64,000 bases of DNA from Vitrella brassicaformis CCMP3155 (Eukaryota > Protista > Chromerida). Below, piece by piece: positions 1 to 11,835 of the stretch (its first letter is position 1; every line of letters begins with the position of its first letter). The stretch covers positions 1 to 64,000 of the forward strand of contig CDMY01000486.1 in NCBI GenBank assembly GCA_001179505.1, in the 5' to 3' direction. The translations under genes and the position numbers were made by a program. A model generated the notes under the pieces. The model did not search any database, was not told the DNA's origin, and saw only the letters and a program-made list of their open reading frames with translations.

Positions 1-253
1 CCCCCTGATCTTCCTCTGTCTGCCAGTGAGGTCATGCCCCTCGCCACTTGCTCAGCGCCCAACACACACGTGGGATGATTGCCGGTGATCTGGTCATTGG
101 CAGATCGCCAACAATCGCGCCTCGAATGCATCGGGAGCTTCACAAGCACCAGCTGACACGACCCCCACCGACTTGACACCGTACACCACCACACCACACA
201 CGCATCAAAACGCATCAACATGGATGCGTCACATCAATCCCCCGATCATGCAA

Positions 254-2311
254 TCAAATAACGTCAGATGTCGGAGTGCTGTCGCCGTCCTCGGTGGATA
301 TAGCGCTACTCGTGCCCCCAGCCCCCCCACCGTTGGTCTTGATCTCAGAAGGCGCCCCTCCCCTGCCCGGCTTGCCCTCCCCGTCCGCCCCGGTGCTGCT
401 GCTGGTGCCCTGCTGCAGGCCCTCCATTTCCTCGTCATTCTGGGATTGCTCGAACATCTCGCGGTCCTTCTTGGCACGGGACACTCGCTCGTGGATCCAC
501 AGAGTCAGCCAACCGCCCGCACACTGACGTGGCAACACACACACAGAGAAAGAGAGAGGGTGTGTGAGAGGGGATGGGCTTAAGGGTGTTTGGTGTACCA
601 GCATAGCGAAGCATGTAAGGAAGATGACGGCTGTGGAGAGGTTGCCGGTTTGTGTGCAGATGACGACCACGATGAGGTTGAGCGGCACACGGTAGAAGTT
701 GAGGATGGTCGCGCGGCCCTGGTCGGGCACGATCGACGATCGCAGCGTGTAATACGACGGGAAGTACACCCCACAGCACACCTATACAGAAAGAGAGAAC
801 CACCACAAGTGGCTTGCGTCTGGCTGGGTGTGGTGTGGTGTGGTGTGGTGTGTGTTTGGGCATTCATTCTGATTGCTCACCTCGAAGACAAGGAACGCTG
901 CGAGTCGCGTGTTGGCGTCGTCCATCACCGCCGGCACAAGCAGCGACGGGGCGCCCACACAGAAGGTATAGAGCAGGATCATGGTTAGTGGAACCCCGCG
1001 ATTGCTCATCTGCAGGCAGACAGAGAGGCAGGGAGGGAGGGAGGGAGGGAGGGAGAGAATGGCGCATTTGCGAATGTGCAGCTTGTTGGTCGCTTGCCTC
1101 TGAGAAGATAGCAGATCCGATCATGATAGCGACCATGAAGCACGAGAAAACCAGCCCGTGGTTGATGTTGTCGGGCAGGCTCGGCGTCCACATAAACACA
1201 AAGGTGTACATCGCCCTGATCACACACACACACACCCCACACCAGTCCACACCCCTCCCTCCCACCTCTCCCATATTTGATCGACAGACAGACTGACCCC
1301 TCAAAGAAGCTCTGGACGAATCCGCAGGCCAGCACCTCGGGCCGCTCCTTCATGACCGCAATGGCGTCCGTGACGTTGGTCTTCATGGAGCTGTCGCTGC
1401 TGCTGCTGCCGTAGTTCTCAGGCCACGTCAGCACGATGATCGCCGCACCAACCAGCAGTGACAGCAGCGCCACGTCAAAGGGAGCTACCTTGCCGAAAAT
1501 GTCAGCCACGTAGGCCGCGATGAGGCCCCCGATTATCGCCACGAGGCCGTTGCCAAATGTTGCTGATTCGACAGAGAGAGGGAGAGGAAGGGCAGTGAGT
1601 GAGGATGTGTTGTGGTACCTCTAGAGAAGGTTTGTCCGAGCCAATCTTCTTGGAACTTCCTGTGGTGGTGTTCGTGCACCATCCACGCGTCGAAGCCAGA
1701 GAAGAGAATCGACGTCGCTATACCGGCGAACAGCCGACCTGCACACACACACACACACACGAGCATCAGAGAGTCAGAGTTCTCCGTCCGTCCAATTGTT
1801 CCTTTCCATCTGACCGAGCAGCAGGATGGCGAAGTTGTTGAAGTGTTTGGTGATGCACGAGAGGACGTATATGGCGGCGAAGACTATGCAGATGAACCGC
1901 CGCCCGTAGCTGTCGGCTATCGACCCTATGAACACCCCCATTATCCCACTCGCACCTGCAATACATTCCATCCCAACACAACCACCGCGAGTGAGTGAGT
2001 CGACACACAACACACAACACCAACCACCGCCACACGTGTGCACACACCTACTTACCGAAGCCGACAATGAAGAGCACGCCGATCTCGCTCATAGAGAAGC
2101 CGTACTCCTGGTACAGCGCGTAGACGTAAGGCCCCTGCAGCCAGTCGGCCAGCATCATGACGTAGTAGACGAGCAGGTAGTTGCGCTGGAAGCCCTTGAA
2201 GGCGTATTGGTTGGCGGGCACCAGACGGTCCGTCGTCCACAGCCGCCACTGCGCCGCGCCAGCCACGCCAGCCAGCACCAGGAACACCGGGAGATGCTCC
2301 AGGTTCGCCAT
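254..2311 (-). CDS. MFSD5: Molybdate-anion transporter, MFS family (MFSD5/MOT2-like); 8 exons: 2311-2056, 1955-1815, 1738-1619, 1562-1296, 1215-1098, 1009-881, 781-599, 523-254
   Basis: Spliced frame is continuous with family-typical motifs FQRNYLLVYYVMMLADWLQGPYVYALY, ADSYGRR, GIATSILFSGFDAWMVHEH, VAPFD, WPENYG, QSFFEGAMYTFVFMWTP, CGVYFPS, ILNFYRVPLN. Confidence 0.93.
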
Positions 2312-2612
2312 CTCTGCCCCCTAGTCTCTGCCTGCCGGGCTGCTGGCGGGGCGGTGTGCGGCAGGGAAGAGAAAAAAACGGAGAGAGAGGGGAAATGGGA
2401 GCTGGCCGCCCTCAACAGGTCAAGCGACAGGTGCACATTGGTAGAGGATTAGATGCACCGGTTGAACACAAGAGGGTGAGAAACCCTGCGAGCTTTGATA
2501 TCGTGCGGTGGGGGCCAGGGCGTCTCGCCAAAGATCGGCGTCTCATCCCTCCAGCACTTCTAGAAGAGAGAGGTGAGGTGCACGACATCAACGTACTTGT
2601 GCAGTGGAGGCC

Positions 2613-5600
2613 ATGATTCCCTCGTCGTCCAATCCCTCTCTCTTCGCCGCAATGCCATCTGCCGCCAGCCAGTTCCAGGCCACCAGCGGCGTCGGCTTCC
2701 TTCCCGTCACCCCGCCAACCGTGCTTCGCCAGCCACTGCAGCACGTGACTGTGACGCCGCCTGCGCTGCAGGTGACCGCCACACTGCCGGTGGGCCAGGT
2801 GTCTCACAGCACGGCCTCCTCCTCGTCTCGGCGGCCGCCCATCTGTCCTACCATTAACAAAGGGAGCGGCAGTGCAGACAATAATGAGAATAATGAGAAT
2901 GGGAGGAATGCGGTTCACCGTCGGACGACCACCCCGGTTCACAAGTCGACGTCTCAGTTTCCCCCCACTCCCTCTGTCCGCCATGAGGAGGACAGCGCCT
3001 CGCCCAAGGCCTCGGTGTCCATCGAGTCGTCGCCTGTGAGGGTGGAGTCGTCACCGGGTCCCGTGCGGTCGTCATCGGTTCCGCCGCGGCTCTTCTACCC
3101 GCAATTTATCCCTCCCCTGGCAGCTGGTCAGCAATACCCCCTGCAGATGATGGTGCCCAATGTCATGCAGATGCAGATGCCCAATGTCGGCGGCTTTGGC
3201 GGCTTTGGCGGCTTTGTGCAGCAACAGCAGCAGCCTGTGGCTCACTCACCTCTGGTGGGGAGGCAGACGCACCAGTGGCCCTACCATCTCAATGTCAGCC
3301 AGATTCCTCCTTACTCAACTCTTGGCCCCCCACCTGCACCGTCACATGGCATGGGCATCCCTTCGCGCCACCACTGCACCAACGCCAATCCGTCCTGCCC
3401 ACCACTGGTGCGCCGCCGACGATACGAGACCCCTCCCCCGCCCCCGCCCCCGCCCCCGCGGCACATCATCATGCCTGTCAGTCACTACCCCGTGAAGCGC
3501 GGCGTCAAGATGGAGGACGGGGTGCGTCTGATCCGGCCTCTCGTGTACGGGAGGGATGCGGCTGTGCAGTGTCAGCTGCTGGTCGACAGGGAAGGCCTGG
3601 GGCAGAAGAAGCTGGGGCAGCAGAAGCAGGGGCAGCATTTGCAGCAGGGCATGAAGAAGCTCACGAGCCTCAGCACCGAGCCGAGCTTGCCTGAGGAGGG
3701 CGGGGGAGGGGGAGGGGGAGAGTCTACGGCATTCGCCATCAGGAACAGGCGGAAGAAAGACGGCGTCGACGGCATCAACCGCACACCGCCTCCCCCGTAC
3801 CACATGCACCACCACAGCATCAACAACAACCTGCTCTTCTTCCCTCGAGCAGTGACCCCCTCGCCCCCTCTCTACAAACAACAGCAGCAGCAGCAGCAGC
3901 AGCAGCCCATCCGGTTCGACACTCCCCTGGCCTTGCCCAAGAGCCGGCAGATGCAGTGGACCCCCGAGCTAGGACAGAAAATCCCCCAGCCGAAGCACTA
4001 CCCCCCGCCGTCGCCCCCACTGCCCACTGCGAAGGAGATCGATGGTGGGGCTGAGATGGACGTGAATGTGAATGTATTGGAGCCTCCAGACCCGTTGCTG
4101 ACGGACAGCTATGTCAAGGGCGGTGTGGGTGTGAGGAAGGGGCTGAAGCGTGTTGACGCCAAGAGGGAGAGGGAGCACAAGGGCCTGGGGGTGCTGGGCA
4201 AGGCCAAGAGTGGCGTTGGCGTGATGAGGAAAGGCAAGGCCGCCGCCGCTGCTGCCGCTGCTGCTGGTGCCGCTGTGCTGGCGATTAGAGACCAGCCGAC
4301 AGCAGAGAGTGTCAAAGAGCGACAGCCGCCGAAAGAGACACAGGCACAGCAGGAGGAGTCAGAGGCGTCCCAGGCGCCGATCCCACTGGCAGTCACCCTC
4401 CCGCCCCCCCTGCCCCCTCCTTTGCCTGTGGACATCATGCCCAGCACGACCGTCCTCGAGCAGACACGCGGCCTCGTCAATGAGATCGAAAACATCACCC
4501 GGCCAAAGACTCCCACACCCATTTCCGACCGGCCTAGCCTTTCCCTTCACTCGGCCACTCTGCGGCAGTCCAAGTCGTCCGTGTCTGTGGTCAAGGTGCC
4601 GCCCTTCGCCACTCCCATACACCACATCAGACACCAGACGCCAGACGCCAAGAGTGAGGCAGAGGTGTCCGACAGCTGCATGTTGGTCAGCAACAACAGA
4701 AAGAGGGAGCCGATCACCATCCCCCGGCTGTCCCTGCCTGTGAAGGAGCCGCCCCGGGGTAGCAAGAAATCCACGACCCCCACTGTCTCTCTGACCATGT
4801 CGATGCCCACCAATACCAATGGGCGCCCCAAGCAGCCGAGAATGGACAAAGACAGAGTGGTCCGCCCACCGCCGCCTGCCTCCAAATTGAAGGCGCCTTC
4901 GGTGAAGGCGCACATTTCACCTTCGTCCCTGGCGGCTGGGCAGCAGCGGGTGAAAGCTGCCGGGGGTGGTGGTGGTGGTGGTGTGAGGGGCCCGGCTAAG
5001 GGCAGCGCCATATCTCTGGGCACGTTGAAGGTGCTGTCGCAGCGATGCTGGTACGCAAAGCCAACATGAGACACGGGGGACCGTACCATGCCTTCCTTGA
5101 TGTGTCTGTCTGCGTGTCCTGTGTCTGTGTGTCGTGTTAGTCTGTGCAAGGTGCCTGCCGGTGTGGCGGTTCGGCATCTGGGGGTTGCGGCGGGGGCGGA
5201 GGGCGAGATAAAGAGTTCCGTCGGCCCCGCAGATTTCATCACAATGACCAAGGTGAGGTGACGAAAGGGCCGGCAGATCTATGTATGCATCTGAAGGCAA
5301 TGTGGGTGTGGTGTGGGATGCATTTGGTAGGATTTGCTGAACACATTGGGTGTGGCCGTGCCCTCCGACGAGGACCTGCTCAGTCAGACACACACTAACT
5401 AAGGAAGAGAGAGCAGACAGCAGAGACACTTACTTCTTACATCCACTGGTCTCTGCTGTGTTGTGTGTCAGGTGTGTTCAAGATCGTGCACGCGGCTGCT
5501 GTTGGCGAGTGCGACCACCCATCCCACGCGCCACAGCCACAGCCACACCTTTCATCGACCAAGAGCCTCTCGCCGCTGGAGGCCTCATGCGTCATCGCAC

Positions 5601-6442
5601 TGCTATGTGGCGGACCCAGCGAGACCAAAATGCGAGGTGGGGTGTGGTGTGGTGTGTGGGGGGTGTAATCATTTGACCTTGGTTCTGTGTGTGTGGGTGT
5701 GTCGTCAGCGATTTACGATTTGTTGGACAGTTCTGCCGAGGGACTGACAGACCAGCAGCTCAGCCAATTCCTGAGAATCGGTCGGCACACACAGACACAC
5801 ACACACACGTGTCTGTCTCTTCTTGTGTGTGTCTGTGTATCTGTGTGTGTGTGCAGTGTTTCGTATGCTCTTGTCGCCCGACAAGCTGCGCATCGTCTGT
5901 CTCAGACGCCAGCTGCCCATACAGACGGTCGGCCAGCAGCACACACACCCACACCCCGTCACATCACACAGAATGGACAGACACCTGAGCGGCTGTGTGT
6001 GGTGTGTGTGGCAAGGCTGATGAGTTGGCGGGTCTGGTGGCCAAGGAGGCCTTCGGCGAGATCGACCCCAACAGACAGGGCACCAGGATGTCATTCGAAT
6101 CGTTCCAGACATGGTATGTACTGCCTGGCCAGCCGCCAGCCAGAGACACCACCTCCAGACACACACACGTGTCTGTCTTTATGAAGGTGCAACATGCCTG
6201 ATGCGGATGACCACAGCAGCACTACCACCAGCAACAGCAACAGCAGCAGCCAAGCCGCATCGCCCCCTCCCCCGCCCTCTCGCCCCACCCCACAAGCAGC
6301 AGCAGCAGCAGCAGCACCGGCTGTGTCTGTCTGCCCAGGAGCGGCGGGTGAGACACTTGACGCCTTCATCGAGAAGAAGAGTCTGGGTGAGGCACAGCCG
6401 CTGCTGGGGAGTGGTGGTGGTGGTGGTGCTGGGGGTGGGTGA
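2613..6442 (+). CDS. Large Pro/Gln-rich low-complexity protein with a C-terminal EF-hand-like helical region (multi-exon after ~5050)
   Basis: An ~810-codon first exon, then small GT-AG exons joining in frame (VPAGVAVRHL..., DLLNTLG..., SVFKIVH..., AIYDLLDSSAEGLTDQQLSQFLRI, VFRMLL..., ADELAGLVAKEAFGEIDPNRQGTRMSFESFQTW). The EF-hand call rests on the ID-x-N-x-x-G-x-x-SFE-x-F pattern. Confidence 0.7.
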
Positions 6443-6917
6443 GTGAGAGTGTTCAGGATGGGATGAAGGGTGTAGTCTTTGTTTGGTGTGGGTGTGTGTG
6501 GACTGAGATGACGTCACATGCGATGAACGAAGGAATCACGTGCAGTCGCTCGAGTACTCGCCCACAACACCCAGTATCTGAGGTCCGTCTGATGCGTGTG
6601 ATGCGCATATGACGGATCTCAGGCACCGGGGGCTGTGGAAGAACACGTCAACACGACTTGTCCAATGGATGAATGAATGTCACACGCTCACACCAGACAG
6701 ATACTGGCAGAAAGTCTCTGTGTGGCACATCCGTCTCAGGCGGCGGAAGCGATGGCAGAGGACACCGACCCGCAATGGTCACACTCACACCTGAAAACAC
6801 ACACACGCGTGTACGGGACAGTCATTCTTACATCCCTCCCTCCCTCCTGTACGATAGGCACCCCTGCCATTCGCGGCAGCCACACTCGACATGGAATACA
6901 CACATCCCCGCTCCAGT

Positions 6918-8191
6918 CTATACAGGTCCCTTGTCCCTCTCCCTGCCCACCCTATCGGTATTCTCATCTCCCCCTACCCTCTCCCTCTCCCTCTCCCTCT
7001 CTTGGTCTTTCACGGTCTTCTCGTCCTTGTGCTCATGGTCATGATGCCCATGCGTGTGTGGATGGGTGTGTGTCGGGGGGGGTGGGGGCGGTGGCTCGGT
7101 TGCCGGGTGCTGTCCTGGGGGCGGGTGTGCGATTCGCTGGGCGTACGCGATGGCGCCCTGGGGGTCGTCACGCACAAGCATGAAGAACCCCTGCAGCTCG
7201 GCCATCGCTGCACACACACAGACACACACACACACACACACGGACAAGGGATAATGGGTGGATGCGAGAGAGAGTGTGTGTGTGTGTGGGAGGGGGGAGG
7301 GGGTACAAGTACTGAGCGGGGTGTCTTTGAGTACTCTGACGAATTCGTCGGCGAACGACTCGTGGCCGGGGAAGAAACGAACATACTGAACACCGATCCA
7401 CAGACACATCGATCACATCCACATCAGCATCGGCATCTCGAGTGAGTGGTCTGCCAGAGTCAGAGTGAGTGTACCATTCTCCTCAGCTGTTCAGGCTGCG
7501 CCAGCCCCACGAAGACCTTCATGTCCACACGGCCAGGCCGGATCAACGCATCGGGCAACCTGCACACACACACACAGAGATGAGGATGAACAGTGAGTGC
7601 GTCGTGGGTGAGAATGTGGTGTAGTGTGTTCGATTGCAATCCTTCCTTACACTTCATATCTGTTAGTGGTCATGAAGATGATCCTCTCCTCCGTCGCCGC
7701 CACGCCGTCCAGCGCGTTGAGCAGCCCGCTGAAGCTCACCCGCCTCGTCCCGAACTGGTGCGCGAGGGCGGCAGCGTGACTGTGGTGTCCGCCCTTCTCT
7801 CTCTTTTTCGTATCGCCCTCTTCGCCCTGCAGACCAGACCACATACTCACAGGAGACTGTGCCAATGGGGCGAGGAGGGGCGAGGGGGGGNNNNNNNNNN
7901 NNNNNNNNNNNNNNNNNNNNNNNNNNNNNNNNNNNNNNNNNNNNNNNNNNNNNNNNNNNNNNNNNNNNNNNNNNNNNNNNNNNNNNNNNNNNNNNNNNNN
8001 NNNNNNNNNNNNNNNNNNNNNNNNNNNNNNNNNNNNNNNNNNNNNNNNNNNNNNNNNNNNNNNNNNNNNNNNNNNNNNNNNNNNNNNNNNNNNNNNNNNN
8101 NNNNNNNNNNNNNNNNNNNNNNNNNNNNNNNNNNNNNNNNNNNNNNNNNNNNNNNNNNNNNNNNNNNNNNNNNNNNNNNNNNNNNNNNNNA

Positions 8192-8223
<32 letters not shown>

Positions 8224-8968
8224 GACCTCATCGAGATCTCCTGGCTGTGGTGTGATGGCGCCATCGATGTCCTCAAGCAGCACCAGCGCACGGGGAGGCA
8301 CAGTCCTTTGATGACATACACAGACACACCCATGTGTGTCAAGCGGTGGACGGACGGATGGGTGTGCTGTATTCCGTACGCGAGGAGGTGCTGTAGCCGG
8401 TCATCGGTGAGGAAGGGGTCGCTCACATTCAACACACAGATGTTGTAGTGCAGCGCACCGGCCAAAGCCATCACAAAGCTGCTCTTCCCACAACCCTGCA
8501 CACCACACACACATCCATCCATCCATCCATCCCCTCTCTCTCTCTTTCAATTTGTCTGTGTGTCGACTCACCGGCGGCCCCCACAAGAGGTACCCCCTTC
8601 TATAAGGGATCCCCCTCTCAATGTACCACTGAGAGCTGTCCAGGAACTCATGGCAGTCCCTCAGGATGGTCTCCGCAACGTTCTCGGCGAGGACGACCGA
8701 TGAGAAGGGTCGGATGCGCTTGGGGTCGCCGAAGGGCCGCCAGTCCTGCCCGACGCTGTTGTATATGATGGTCTTGCCCTCCTCCTTCGTCAGGGCCATG
8801 TCACGAGCTTCACTCAGCAGCTCACTGAAGATCCCACGCCATGGGGCGAAGGTGGTCAGGGTGAGGGTCTCCCAGGGCGTGCCCGTGTTCAGGTCGATCT
8901 ATACCACATCCACATCCACACCCACACACACACACACAGGCATGACGCACCATTCGCCCGCCATCTTG

Positions 8969-9001
<33 letters not shown>

Positions 9002-9558
9002 AGGTACCACTGACTTCTCCCGTTCCCTCTCGACTTTGATGAGTGCCCCGTTGTAGGTCATGTAGTGCAGCCCAGGGGAGGGCACGAACGCAAAACTCGT
9101 CTGCACGTGGCCGCTCTTGCTCTTGGTATACGTCGTCTCCACGCCCAAGTGACGCGCTTGACGGTGCCTGCAGTGCAGTGCAAAGACACCAGACAGACAG
9201 ACAGATCTCTGCATTCACTCCGTCTCTCGACCTCTCTTTACCTGTGTATAAGCCACTGCATGACCCATTGGTAGCTGTGGTCCTTGCTGGGGATCTCCAG
9301 CGTCGTCAACACATACCGCCGCCCAACAACCAGCCCGCTCTGCAGCCCAGTCCTCACCAGCGACAGCAGCGCGCCGACGCCCACCAGCCCGAAGCCAGCC
9401 GAGAAGTAGGGGTTGCAGGCCAGCCAGTCGGGCAGGAACGACAGCAGGGCTGGCTTGGACGTGCCGATGGTGGGCGTGACGCCAGATGAGGCCAGTGATG
9501 ATGGATCTGCTGACACGGAGAGGGCAGAGGAGGGCGGCAGCATACCTGGCATCGGCAT
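6918..9558 (-). CDS. BCS1: Mitochondrial chaperone BCS1 (AAA ATPase); interrupted by N-gap 7891-8190; 3' end approximate
   Basis: [62 protein letters not shown]|GCGKS (Walker A split by an intron), LLEDID (Walker B), [31 protein letters not shown]. Confidence 0.95.
7891..8190. other. Assembly gap (300 N)
   Basis: N run flanked by poly-G. Confidence 1.
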
Positions 9559-9961
9559 CCTTGCGGCAGATCTGCTCTGTCGGTGGACGCTGAGGCGATC
9601 GCTGCCTCCCTGGAGCTCGCAATTGAAATCGCTGCGAAAAAGCGATGGTGTGGTTCGGTGAGGGGTTTCTGCCTTACGCCCGGCTGTGCATTGGCCTCAC
9701 CCTCCTTTACCTGACGTCAAAAGTGCTCGGGGGTGTGGACTGGTTCGACGAGAAGCGGCTCACCAGGAAGGAGAAGGCCGAGAGGTACCAACGGAGGAAA
9801 GCCATATCGGCCCTCGACTGACTGAACCAATCAAATCAATGCAGGTCAGTCAGCCGGGCCATGCAAGATGCACCATGCATTTCGCTCATTCGCTGTGTCT
9901 GTGTGTGCGCGCTGGTTGATATGCGGATGCTGCAGCAGTGAGCTCACCAGACGCCCTCGCC

Positions 9962-11599
9962 ATGGCAGAGATGCCTGAGGGGTATGATCTGGTCTTTTCG
10001 CCAACGCCGACCGATGCCGAGAAGCGGCTCGTCCACCGCATTATGCACCGCCGCCTCCCCAATGCCTCCAGTGTGGTTACCCGCCTTGTCCGCAGGGGAG
10101 CCCGCCCGGCCAGCCTGCGTATGCGGATCGAGCGCAGGGACGCCCCTCTCCACTACAATCTGGACTTGTCACTTGTCGGGCTGGCCATCGACGACGTCAC
10201 GGGCAGCTACGTGTCCGCCTACATGGACGGCGACGATCTGAAGCTGCCGTGCTGGTCGTCGCGAGAGGAGCAGAGGGAGGTGCTTGAGACGCTCATCCGT
10301 CATGGCTGCCAGCCGGGGCGCGAGGACCTGAAGACGGCCATCAGCATGGCGAATGCGGTGGCGGTGGAGGTGCTCCTGGCGCATGGCGTGGCTGTGGGTT
10401 CGTGGGCGCTGGTGCCGCCCCGGGTCAACGAGACGCCGGCGGACGAGTATTGCAGGAAGCTGCTGCAGATCTACCAGAGCTTGGTTGAGCGTGATGCGTC
10501 CATCATTGCCGTGCCGCAGCCGGTGCATCAGGTGCACGTGGCGAGACTGCGGCTGTACCCCGAGACCTTCACAGAGGGGTGAGGCAAGGCACGGCAGCAG
10601 AGGGAGATCGACAGACAGACAGACAGACAGGTGCATCGCATTTGTGTGTGTGTGTGCGTGTCTGTGTGTCTGTGTAGGTACCTAGATCTAGTCCTTGACA
10701 AGGGTGCTTCGGTAGCGCAGCTGCCGGGCAACGAGGGCGCCACCCTCCTCTCCCTCGCAGCCATGCTGGGGTGTCGATTCGTCGTCGCCTACCTCTCCAA
10801 GCACTTGCCCATAGCGCAGATCGACGCCGTTGCCGACAACGGCACCGCCCTCGCCATCGCCGGCATGCAGATACGCAAATATGCTGGGGCTGACCGGCAG
10901 GCGGACTACTGCCATGTCGCTCGGTCCCTGCTGCGAGCTGGTGCGTCCATCGAGCAGCTGCTCACCCCTTTGAACGAGGACGAACGAGAGCAGCGGCGGC
11001 TGGTGGTCGACGAGTATGAGAAGGCGCTCAACGAGCTGCCCGACCAGCTGACGTCGGCACTCAACGACGCTCTTCGGCCGCACCGTTGTCTCGCGGAGTT
11101 CGTCGCATTCGTGCTCACCACTCAGGCACCCCACAGCCACCCTGCCATCCCCGACCAAGAGGCATCCCTGCTGGCCTGGCGGATCGCGGCCTTCTGCATC
11201 GATTTGGAGGCCGCCCACGCTGCAGCCACTCGTGTGCTGAGGTCAGACTTCCCACTGGGCCGGCGCATCAACACGGCCATGGCGCATTTCGTGACATGTG
11301 CTGCGACCAAGACGGCGAGCAACAGGGAGGTGGTGGGCGGGGTCATGGAGGTGAGGGGGGAGATGGTGCGGCTGCCGCCACTGCAGTGCTTTGGCGTCAA
11401 CGAGGGCGACACGACAAGAGCGCTGGGTGTCCGGGAGGTGATCCACAAGGCGAGATTGGACGAGGCTGCACGATATCGGCTGTCTGGTGTGGCCAAGGGC
11501 TTCAACACCGACCTGGGCGATGACGAGTGCCAGTTCCAGTGGCGGCAGCTGGGGCATTTGGATAAGACAGGCCAGTTCGTGTCGATGGGGATCGACTAG
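9962..11599 (+). CDS. Ankyrin-like repeat protein of a lineage-expanded family; exons 9962-10578 and 10678-11599
   Basis: GT-AG intron joins TEG|YLDLVLDKGAS in frame. Degenerate ankyrin motifs (GATLLSLAAMLG, GTALAIAG, ARSLLRAGASI). The C-terminal LPPLQCF...REVIHKARLDEA...KGFN..LG...CQFQWRQLG block resembles a family I recall from Vitrella (recall, not searched). Confidence 0.72.
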
Positions 11600-11835
11600 A
11601 CGCGCGTCATGCATGAGGGGAATGGGTGGCTGAGCAGTATTTTTCTGTGTTTGGCTGCTGTGATGAGACTGACGGGACGGCAGGCACATTGAATCGTATC
11701 CTTCATCCATCCATAAGAGTCCGCGCACAAGCACACAGATTCCGTATGGCACAAGTGCGATAGCGACCGCATCCATCAATCATCAAACGGAATAATAAAA
11801 GTCCATATGCTATGCCTCTCTCTCGGCCCTTTTGT

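Noticed and set aside
6500-6900. Possible small plus-strand gene (6609-7183)
   Set aside because: Overlaps the BCS1 3' end on the opposite strand and lacks a consistent frame; likely UTR.
7593-8522. Long ORFs with poly-X here and at 23838-24696, 53846-54918, 55547-56198 and 62815-63683
   Set aside because: They read through N-gaps and are artefacts; only the flanking real exons were used.
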